IMG/VR virus record: IMGVR_UViG_3300030397_000389
Location: 1-26,802 of that record
Length of the DNA: 26,802 nucleotides
Reading direction: 5' to 3' (one strand)
Source: a virus
Taxonomy: Duplodnaviria; Caudoviricetes
The notes beneath the pieces were generated by a model that was not told the origin of the DNA, searched no databases, and saw only the letters and a program-made list of their open reading frames with translations. The position numbers and the translations under genes were made by a program. Positions 16,293 to 23,436 of this stretch are shown here, one piece after another (the first letter of the stretch is position 1; the number at the start of each line of letters is the position of its first letter).

Positions 16293-16814
16293 GTGTTCGA
16301 AGAGCAACATCTAATCGGTGACACGGAAGAGTCGATTCGCCTAGACACTCGAACTGGCGAACCTATCACTAATTCACGCCCCCTGAAGCCGAACGGTACG
16401 GAAGACTACAAATTCAACCATTTCTGCGGCGAACACGGGGGAGGCACATGGAAGATTCGCTCGCTTGTTGATATTACCTACAATTGTGCGGGTCATGTCT
16501 GGGCAAGTCGACGTACTTGCATTTATGAAACGTCGGAATGGCGCAAGATTCTTGAACACGACGGATACCGAAAGACGAATCAACCCGTACCGGATGATCT
16601 TGTAATATACTGGCTTGAAGATGATTCTCTTGCCCACGTCGCACGCGTGTCGCATTTGGTTGATTCAGGATTGAGTCATCCGATTCCATTTGTGATCAGC
16701 AAATGGGGTGACACCGGAGGCGAGGTGTTTCATAAGGTGTCCGAAGTCCCAAACGCAATTCGAGGGCGATATGAATTCTGGACTGACAGACAGAGAGATA
16801 CGCCCGGTTTTTAG
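16293..16814 (+). CDS. Putative papain-fold Cys-His enzyme
   Basis: YNCAGHVW...DLVIY...AHVARV...SKWG...H motif order typical of small Cys-His catalytic domains. Confidence 0.6.
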   Translation: MFEEQHLIGDTEESIRLDTRTGEPITNSRPLKPNGTEDYKFNHFCGEHGGGTWKIRSLVDITYNCAGHVWASRRTCIYETSEWRKILEHDGYRKTNQPVPDDLVIYWLEDDSLAHVARVSHLVDSGLSHPIPFVISKWGDTGGEVFHKVSEVPNAIRGRYEFWTDRQRDTPGF

Positions 16815-17352
16815 CAGCTTCCTTTCGCCGGAGTTTGAAGTAAGCGTCTCGTTGGCCGGCACAAATGAAGCTTTGCATTCGATACTCGATCGCTCTCCGG
16901 TCGTAGAGGAGCTAAGGCAGTCACTTCAATCTGAAGCGGTTGCCGACGAAGAAGTGCGCGCGTTTGTGAATGGCCTGCTTCGGACCTTTCGTCCGGGTGT
17001 GCTCTTTGCTTATGACCTTGTGCTTGCTGCGATTGCGGTTGCTCTGTGTCGACGAAGAACACGCTTTGCCTCTGAGTATATTTCTGACTTAGCACAACTC
17101 AAAAGCTCCGAACTACGGCGCGCAGTTGCCATCGCACGATTAGTCAGACGAAATCGTTCGCACGCGTCGCGGACTATCGGCAGATCGATGACAATGGAAT
17201 CGCGACTACCATCGAACATTGTTACACGAGGGCCTTTCTCCCCGCCCGTGCGTCTGGTCATGCCTGTGCGAGAAGCATGCGCTGATGCACGCCAAGACTT
17301 ACCCCACCAGGACAAGGGCAATGCCCAAACTCGAGTATTTTCTAGTATGTGA
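16771..17352 (+). CDS. Hypothetical protein (middle moron gene)
   Basis: GAGGG RBS before ATG 16771; overlaps both neighbours. Confidence 0.65.
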   Translation: MNSGLTDREIRPVFSSFLSPEFEVSVSLAGTNEALHSILDRSPVVEELRQSLQSEAVADEEVRAFVNGLLRTFRPGVLFAYDLVLAAIAVALCRRRTRFASEYISDLAQLKSSELRRAVAIARLVRRNRSHASRTIGRSMTMESRLPSNIVTRGPFSPPVRLVMPVREACADARQDLPHQDKGNAQTRVFSSM

Positions 17353-17758
17353 ATCCATCTCGGTTGACCGCGACACAAATCGAATAAGCCTGTTCAACGT
17401 AATCGAAGAGGTTCATGTCGCAAAAACCATTGATGATGTCAGGGGGCCAGCGTTGTCGAATTTCGTTGCGGTGGCGTGCTGGAACAGGCAGGAGGGTGAC
17501 GAAGGGCGTGATTTTCAAGCGATGCTGAGAGTGTATTTACCCACACCAGAAGACGCCGATGACGTCGAACCGGGCGAGCTGACCATGAACTTTCGAACGG
17601 AGTCACCGCGACAGCGGCTCTTGATGCGGGTTTCAGCGCAGACCATCCCGTTTGTGCCACGCGGCAAGCTTCGGTTCGAACTACTGCTCAACGGCGAACA
17701 TTGCGCGGAGCATGAAGTTGCCGTCATCGGCCATGGCCAAACTTCGGACGACAGCTGA
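17321..17758 (+). CDS. Beta-sandwich hypothetical protein (DUF6941-like)
   Basis: FLVCESISVDRDTNRISLFNVIE N-terminus and G-x-L-x-FELLLNGE C-terminus; family recognised from memory. Confidence 0.65.
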   Translation: MPKLEYFLVCESISVDRDTNRISLFNVIEEVHVAKTIDDVRGPALSNFVAVACWNRQEGDEGRDFQAMLRVYLPTPEDADDVEPGELTMNFRTESPRQRLLMRVSAQTIPFVPRGKLRFELLLNGEHCAEHEVAVIGHGQTSDDS

Positions 17759-18011
17759 ACTGTACCCCCGACTGTACCCCCAGAGCCGTCTTGAGCTACC
17801 CGTCGCGGTTCGAAGAGGTGCGTGAAACCGCTGAAAAATGGTGGTTAGAGGTTGCTGCTGAAGGCTCTGGTAGATTTCGAATCAACCTCCTCACCAATTC
17901 GGATACCCTCCGGGTGTCTCCGCAACGTGTTAATCCATAACTGGTTGCGAAGATAAATCCGCTCGCGATTTTGACTCCTTGTTGCTCAACTGTACCCTCC
18001 AGTGTACCCCT
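17759..18011. other. attP: arm-type repeats flanking a core site
   Basis: ACTGTACCCCC x2 (17759, 17771) and ACTGTACCCTC/AGTGTACCCCT (17989, 18001), each pair with 12-bp period; core GTAGA-TTTCGAA-TCAAC at 17870-17886 lies roughly midway. Confidence 0.85.
17870..17912 (-). tRNA. 5' half of tRNA-Ser(CGA) (attP identity block; not a complete tRNA)
   Basis: (C)GGAGGG-TA-TCCG-AATTGGTG-AGGA-G-GTTGA-TTCGAAA-TCTAC: acceptor 5' strand, D-arm and anticodon arm; no T-arm follows. Confidence 0.75.
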
Positions 18012-18249
18012 GAGCGTCAACCGCAGCGAAGAATTCTACTGCAGACTCACTGAACCGTGAAGCGCTGACTTCGAAACAGGATAAGACCATTCTGTGTTCT
18101 CGGCTGAACGAATACTCTGCCAGCACAGAGTGAAACAGTTTCAGCGTCCAAGCTGTCTTTGGCATTGGCCTTCCAATCATTCGAACAGGTCTCCCCTCAT
18201 CCAGCGGGTCGTACAGTCCCAGCTGAATCCATCGTTCTCCTATAGCCAT
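17986..18249 (-). CDS. 87-aa hypothetical protein ending in the right attP arm
   Basis: AAGGAGGT SD 10 nt before ATG 18249. Confidence 0.55.
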   Translation of the reverse strand: MAIGERWIQLGLYDPLDEGRPVRMIGRPMPKTAWTLKLFHSVLAEYSFSREHRMVLSCFEVSASRFSESAVEFFAAVDAQGYTGGYS

Positions 18250-18678
18250 CGAACCACACACCTCCTTCCGCGCTGCCCCATATGGCCACCGGCCGGGACC
18301 GCCCCGCCCAGCGTCGCCCGCGTTCCGATCCGTCGGTTACGATTCGGAAGGAGTTCTCCTACGCACTTTAGATTCCCAGCATGCAGCTGGCTCTCGTTTG
18401 TTCAGTCTGAAGTTGACGCAAACCAGTTCAGGCAATCAAACAATTCGCTTCGCCATTTTCGCGGGGCCGCTTGATTGCCCTACGTCGAGCGTGTACGGAT
18501 TTACAACGCTGATTGCACTTTGGTTCACCCAGTGTCCAGCCGTTGCGCGAGTGCGCATGAAGCGTTCAGAGAGCGGCCGGCGGTGGCGTGTGGAAACAGA
18601 CCAGTGGGCAGTGAAATCCAGTCAGTCCGTTTTGCCGGTCGCCGCGATGCATTGGTAAGCCTCAGGGTTGGTGCGACC

Positions 18679-18706
18679 AGTATAGTGTACGTTTGAATAG
18701 GTTCAA
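18679..18706 (-). promoter_or_regulatory. Sigma70-type promoter with an overlapping palindrome
   Basis: TTGAAC-16nt-TATACT; TTGAA-N4-TTCAA inverted repeat over the -35. Confidence 0.5.
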
Positions 18707-18766
18707 GCAGGTGCTAGCGATTTTGCGGACAGCATCAGTCTGGCAGGCTTTCAGCGACCCAGGGTG

Positions 18767-18874
18767 CTAGAAAATACCGGTTCCTACGGCGTACATGATG
18801 GCACCTGCGATAACACCAGCAAGTGCGCCTACAACCAAAAGGACGCCCGCAATTGACTTGATGTGCGTTCGCAT
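18767..18874 (-). CDS. 35-aa single-TM peptide
   Basis: MRTHIKSIAGVLLVVGALAGVIAGAIMYAVGTGIF; TAGAAT -10 six nt before ATG (leaderless). Confidence 0.55.
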   Translation of the reverse strand: MRTHIKSIAGVLLVVGALAGVIAGAIMYAVGTGIF

Positions 18875-18925
18875 GCGTCGATTCTAACTTTTGGCGGCGA
18901 CGTAGAGAATGCGTCTGACAATCAT

Positions 18926-19821
18926 TTACTTCCGCGGCCGGCTCAGCCCCCGACGCTGGTCCCGCGGCAGCCACTCGCGGTTATCTACCATTAAGGGGCC
19001 ACCCACCCCCAAGACACTCCCTGGATAACCTTGCGGATCGTCGATGGGGCGACCCCATGGTGCCTTGCCAATTCCGAAATACTTGCTGTACTCGACCGAA
19101 TACTCCGAACGTCTCCCTCATTCAGCTTTGCACAATGAACGCGAGTTCCGCGGTATTCTTTGCACGAGACACCGCCTCCAGTCAGCCATGCCCAGCTCTT
19201 TCCGTTCGCAATTGCATCAATACTCTGGGCCTTTACTCCGTACCTGCGGGCTACGCTGCGCTGTGACTCACCACTTGCCAGTCGTCTGCAGATATCGCCA
19301 ACATCGTCCTCAGTGAGCTTGCCGATTCCGCTTCGCTCACCGCGATTCGACGTGCCGTGCCGTAGCCTGTCCTTGGCGTTTTCATGCCTTGTCCCCCAGC
19401 AAAGATTGGACAGTGCTGGGTTCCCCCGATTTCCATCCAAGTGCCGACATTCCTGCCCATCTGCCGCACCGCCGACAAACGCCTCAAGGACATACATAAG
19501 CACCTGATCGGTTCTTGATGTGAACCCGAGGATAGCCTTGCAGTAGATTTCCTGTCAGCTGCCGCCAAGGCCAATGTTTCTTTGATTTCCCTCTTTTGCA
19601 GCTCCAAACAGAACCATCTGTGCCGATCCGGTATCCAGGGTATTCGTCAAGTTCCGCGTACCGCGTGACATCCATTCGTCAATCCTCCGCAGACAATTAT
19701 ACAAAACACCCGGCGTAGAGTTGCCATCGACCACGTGATTCACCTCGATAACGTCAACCACGTCGCGGACGCATTGCTGGCGGGGGATGGCGGTGAATAG
19801 GAGGAGGACAGCGGCGGCCAT
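18926..19821 (-). pseudogene. Small secreted-protein gene interrupted by the HNH cassette (N-part from 19821, C-part 18926-18991)
   Basis: MAAAVLLLFTAIPRQQCVRDVVDVIEVNH... before the cassette and VDNREWLPRDQRRGLSRPRK* after it resemble both ends of one Planctomycete family (from memory). Confidence 0.45.
18991..19675 (-). pseudogene. NUMOD4-HNH homing endonuclease, frameshifted near 19490
   Basis: YPGYRIGTDGSVWS (NUMOD4) in 19484..19675; VLEAFVG, CRHLDGN, NLCWGT..EN plus two HTH repeats in 18991..19503; the expected VHRL is missing at the junction; own TATAAT and GGAGG. Confidence 0.85.
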
Positions 19822-19824
19822 TGG

Positions 19825-20607
19825 CTACCGTTCTTTTGAGTGAGCTTTTACGTAGAAATAGGTCCCCGTTTCTTCGGCGTTGCCGGCAGCGCCGTCGCGG
19901 TCGTTCTCCAGCAGTACGCCCCAGTGCCTGCGCCCCTCTTGTATGTCGCGAAATGGCGCTAAGCTGTGTGCCAAATAGCTAGCCGTCACCACCCCAGCTG
20001 ATAGCGTTCCGATAAATATCCCAGCTAGGTATTCGTCGTTTAATGCCGGGTCATTCCTCCGTCTAATGTGGATATGCATGACCTGCTGGGTTTCTTCTGG
20101 GTCTCCCCCGCTGCCCGTTTCAAGGCTAAACCCATCGTCAAATATCCAGTTGTACTCATCATCGTCATAGTGACATTCGATTGAAACAGTGGCGGGATAC
20201 CTGCTTTCCATTCTCATTGAAACAGTGTTATCGTCGGGGTCGCCGCGTCTCACAATTTGCACCTCATAGTGCATCGACAGGTGTTCCACTGTGTGTGCAG
20301 GAGTCGGGTCTAACGCAGACCGTGACATAATACGCGGTTTGTTCGGGTCGTTCCCGTTCCCACTATCGGCCCCATCGTGCAACAGTTCACCGCCAAGAAC
20401 GCCCCAGTCACCATGAGCAACACGCTGATCCACCCAGCTGCTATCCAGCGTGTTGAAATGGTCGACAAACTCATTTCCGCTAATCGCGTTGTAAGCCAAG
20501 AAGTCCGCATCGGTGAACGGACTGTTGCCCGCTTGTATCGCCCCGCCGGCGCCGTACGCTCGTCCGGGTTTCCAGCAACCGACAGTGCCTGGATCTGACG
20601 CGACCAT
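19825..20607 (-). CDS. Putative tail tip/receptor-binding protein
   Basis: Last large gene of the tail operon; TAATG coupling; beta-rich composition. Confidence 0.55.
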   Translation of the reverse strand: MVASDPGTVGCWKPGRAYGAGGAIQAGNSPFTDADFLAYNAISGNEFVDHFNTLDSSWVDQRVAHGDWGVLGGELLHDGADSGNGNDPNKPRIMSRSALDPTPAHTVEHLSMHYEVQIVRRGDPDDNTVSMRMESRYPATVSIECHYDDDEYNWIFDDGFSLETGSGGDPEETQQVMHIHIRRRNDPALNDEYLAGIFIGTLSAGVVTASYLAHSLAPFRDIQEGRRHWGVLLENDRDGAAGNAEETGTYFYVKAHSKER

Positions 20608-21641
20608 TAATACACCTCGATGTCGATTGGGTACGCATACGGAAGAAAGGAATCGTACGTATAGACGATTTGGTAGAAATGGTCGCTGTCAAACTGCATC
20701 CCGGTATTATTGCGGGCTGACACAGTTTCGGACTGGCTGGCCCAGCTGCCAGATGAGTTAAGGGCGTAAATGTCAAACGTGCCTGTCGAACCGCTTTGTA
20801 GGTCAGTTTGCGGCTTACCAACAATTACACTCCGCGGCACGAACGACACACGCCATTTGTCTGTAAACCATGTAACCATCACGCGGTCATTATTGAACAG
20901 TGCCCGCGGTGCCGTGTACTCAAAGTTGCCGTTGTGTATCGTGATGCTGTTGCCGGTTTCTGTCGTGCCCTCCATTACGTTTGCGCTACCGTTGCCCTTG
21001 ATCGCAATGGCGGCGGTAGTTTGCACCTGACGCACTAGGCCAAACGACAGCAGCTCATACAGCCCGGTTTCTACCTCCACCGCGAAATTCTGTTCACCTG
21101 GTAGCATGCAACAATCGGATTGCGAATTGAGGCAATTAACGTCATCGCCTGAATCGTCCCACTGGTTGGTTGATTCATTCCACTCCATCAAGTCGAATGA
21201 CGTTGAGCCGTCGCCTGGCTCAAAAAATGTATTTGCTTCCACCCGGACTAATGACGAGCCGCTGCCTGGTGAGCCGCCACCCTTGGACGTCGACGCGTAC
21301 AGCTTGCCGGTCAACATTTCCTTTGTGAGAAATACGTAGGTGCTGCTGGAAATCGCAGTTGTGCATAGGTTGTACGCCGTTGCCGTGACATCATTTGCAT
21401 CTGCGTCCTGGCGTGCCGTTAGCGTGCCGCCCGATGCCACCTCCTGCAGTGTCACCGTACCGCTTCCGGGTGTCGTGCCACTGAGTGCCGTGATGCCAGA
21501 CCCGTCAGTCTTGCCGATGTACGCCATTGACCCCTGCTTGGCATACACCGGACGCCTGATGGTTGCCTCACGCTCACCAAGCACGCGACGAACAACCTCG
21601 CGTACCTGTGCTATCGCCTTGTCTGACAGGACACGGACCAC
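20607..21641 (-). CDS. Putative tail structural protein
   Basis: Position; repeated (G)SGTVT..Y / V.A.N beta modules; Thr/Gly/Ser-rich. Confidence 0.65.
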   Translation of the reverse strand: MVRVLSDKAIAQVREVVRRVLGEREATIRRPVYAKQGSMAYIGKTDGSGITALSGTTPGSGTVTLQEVASGGTLTARQDADANDVTATAYNLCTTAISSSTYVFLTKEMLTGKLYASTSKGGGSPGSGSSLVRVEANTFFEPGDGSTSFDLMEWNESTNQWDDSGDDVNCLNSQSDCCMLPGEQNFAVEVETGLYELLSFGLVRQVQTTAAIAIKGNGSANVMEGTTETGNSITIHNGNFEYTAPRALFNNDRVMVTWFTDKWRVSFVPRSVIVGKPQTDLQSGSTGTFDIYALNSSGSWASQSETVSARNNTGMQFDSDHFYQIVYTYDSFLPYAYPIDIEVY

Positions 21642-22067
21642 TTACGCCCTCACATACCCAGTGACGTCTATATTGAGATTTATCTCAGTCGTGCTCGAGC
21701 CGGTGCCAAGTATCGACGAATACCACCCACTGGCACCGTCGCTCACCGGCGCGATGCCGCCGGTAGTTGCCGACAGCACATACACCTCACCTACAACTAC
21801 CGTTCCACCGACTGTATAGGTGCCGCGACTTTGAACTAGCATGCTTTCACCGTCCGCAGCGTTTGAAATCGCGATTACCAGCCCCTCGCTGCCGGCAGTC
21901 TCAGCGGAGTTATCGGCGTCGCCACGGTAATACTCGCCGTCCGAATCCTTCTTGTAACACACCATGCCGGCGGTGATCGTTTCGCCAGCCGTAACTGTCT
22001 GGACCGTTGCCCCACCCTGCGTTGAGCCTGGCCGGACATTCGCTGCGGTAACTGACACGTCAGCCAT
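21642..22067 (-). CDS. Virion structural protein, paralog 2 (141 aa)
   Basis: AGETITAG..Y, YVLSAT.GGIAP motifs of cement/fibre-type beta proteins. Confidence 0.75.
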   Translation of the reverse strand: MADVSVTAANVRPGSTQGGATVQTVTAGETITAGMVCYKKDSDGEYYRGDADNSAETAGSEGLVIAISNAADGESMLVQSRGTYTVGGTVVVGEVYVLSATTGGIAPVSDGASGWYSSILGTGSSTTEINLNIDVTGYVRA

Positions 22068-22492
22068 TACGCCCTCACGTATCCAGTGACGTCGACATTC
22101 AGGTTAATTTCAGTTGTGCTGCTGCCGGTGCCCAGTATCGATGTGTACCACCCACTGGCACCGTCGCTGGCTGGAGCAATGCCGCCGGCAGTCGACGACA
22201 CAACATACAGCTCACCCACAACCGTGGTTGCCCCTGCCGCATAGACGCCCTTTTTCTGTATCACCAGCGTCTCACCGTCTCCTGCGTTGGTGAGTGCCAC
22301 AGCCAGGCCGCCGCTCCCCGCAGTCTCGGCGGAACTATCAGCGTCGGCCTTATACCACTCCGAATCGGACGCCTTCTTGTAAACAGACTGGCCGGCGGTG
22401 ATCGTTTCGCCTGCCGTGACCGTCTCAATGTTTGCACCGCTGGCGAGCGAACCCGCACGCACATTGGCAGCCGTAACTGATATGTCAGCCAT
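22067..22492 (-). CDS. Virion structural protein, paralog 1 (141 aa)
   Basis: About 71% identical (hand count, ungapped) to 21642..22067. Confidence 0.75.
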   Translation of the reverse strand: MADISVTAANVRAGSLASGANIETVTAGETITAGQSVYKKASDSEWYKADADSSAETAGSGGLAVALTNAGDGETLVIQKKGVYAAGATTVVGELYVVSSTAGGIAPASDGASGWYTSILGTGSSTTEINLNVDVTGYVRA

Positions 22493-23436
22493 TAGATTAC
22501 TCCCGGTAACACGGTTGGGACGCCTAACACGTCGCCAAAGTCAATTTCTTCATACACCTCAAACGGATCGAGCCCAGCCGTTGTGCCGTCGTAATACAGC
22601 GGCTCGGATGCGATTGCCCTCTTTGTTCCGTCTGCGTTCAGGTCGCCGATCCCGTCGCCGTATTCCAAGCCCTCATCAGATACAAACTTCTTACCAGGCT
22701 CAGCGTCACCCGCCGCGGCCTTGTATCGGGGGCCCTCGTTGCGTGGCTTGTATCGCCAGTCGTCGCCGTTAATCTTGGTTTCAAACCCAAACGTGCAGCG
22801 GAAGAACGGCGTACGTCCCCAGTATTCCAAGGTCCACTCGAACTCAGAGTAAAGCCATTTGCGAACGCCCTTGCCAAAGAATGACGTCGAGTTGATCGAA
22901 TCGCCGCTATCGGTAAACGCCGGCAGGTCGAACGTTGAAATGCTGTAGTATTTCTCTAGCCGTAGGTCGGACGTGCTTTCCGTCCGCGTCAGGTTTGGGA
23001 ACTTATCGCCTACCACATTACGGACAGCGTTCCCGTCTTTGTCCCTGTCCACTTCAACCAGGTGCTTTAGAAACGACCCACTCATCTTGGCAGGCAGCGT
23101 CGTTGGGTCCGTGACGTTCTGCACGAACGCCGGGTCGAACGCCGTAGGTGTGCCACGCGGGCGGCTGCTGTAGACAACAGTAACATCCCACACCTTCCAT
23201 GAGTCGCCCTCGTCTGACAGCTGAGCATCTATAGACTGGCGGTATGAGCCCTGGTCAAGTTCACTGCCGTAGGTGTACGTGTCCAGGTATCCAGGCAGGT
23301 CGTCGTCAATAACAACGCTCAGCGGCCCGTTGTTTACGGAGTCTGTTTCAACCTTATACATAACAACCGTGTTGCGGTGTCCGTCCGCATCAAACCCGCC
23401 GCGAGCACTGAATTCGTTAACTGAGGTGATTGCCAT
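22492..23436 (-). CDS. Putative distal tail/hub protein
   Basis: Immediately follows the tape measure gene, TAATG coupling. Confidence 0.6.
   Translation of the reverse strand: MAITSVNEFSARGGFDADGHRNTVVMYKVETDSVNNGPLSVVIDDDLPGYLDTYTYGSELDQGSYRQSIDAQLSDEGDSWKVWDVTVVYSSRPRGTPTAFDPAFVQNVTDPTTLPAKMSGSFLKHLVEVDRDKDGNAVRNVVGDKFPNLTRTESTSDLRLEKYYSISTFDLPAFTDSGDSINSTSFFGKGVRKWLYSEFEWTLEYWGRTPFFRCTFGFETKINGDDWRYKPRNEGPRYKAAAGDAEPGKKFVSDEGLEYGDGIGDLNADGTKRAIASEPLYYDGTTAGLDPFEVYEEIDFGDVLGVPTVLPGVI

Noticed and set aside
17820-17912. Complete or Sec-type tRNA gene
   Set aside because: No T-arm or 3' acceptor strand; the anticodon is CGA, not UCA
17759-18011. CRISPR-like repeats
   Set aside because: 11-bp repeats in two tandem pairs with no spacers and no cas genes; they fit integrase arm sites
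17990-18030. Promoter for the tRNA half within the right arm (TTGACG...TACAGT/TACACT)
   Set aside because: Spacings of 20 or 8 nt are wrong; the alternative -35 is weak, so it was not called
18991-19720. Group I intron around the HNH gene
   Set aside because: No non-coding space for a ribozyme core; the HNH directly abuts the flanking fragments
21642-22492. Diversity-generating retroelement TR/VR pair
   Set aside because: Both copies are full genes, differences are not adenine-restricted by eye, and no reverse transcriptase is in the window
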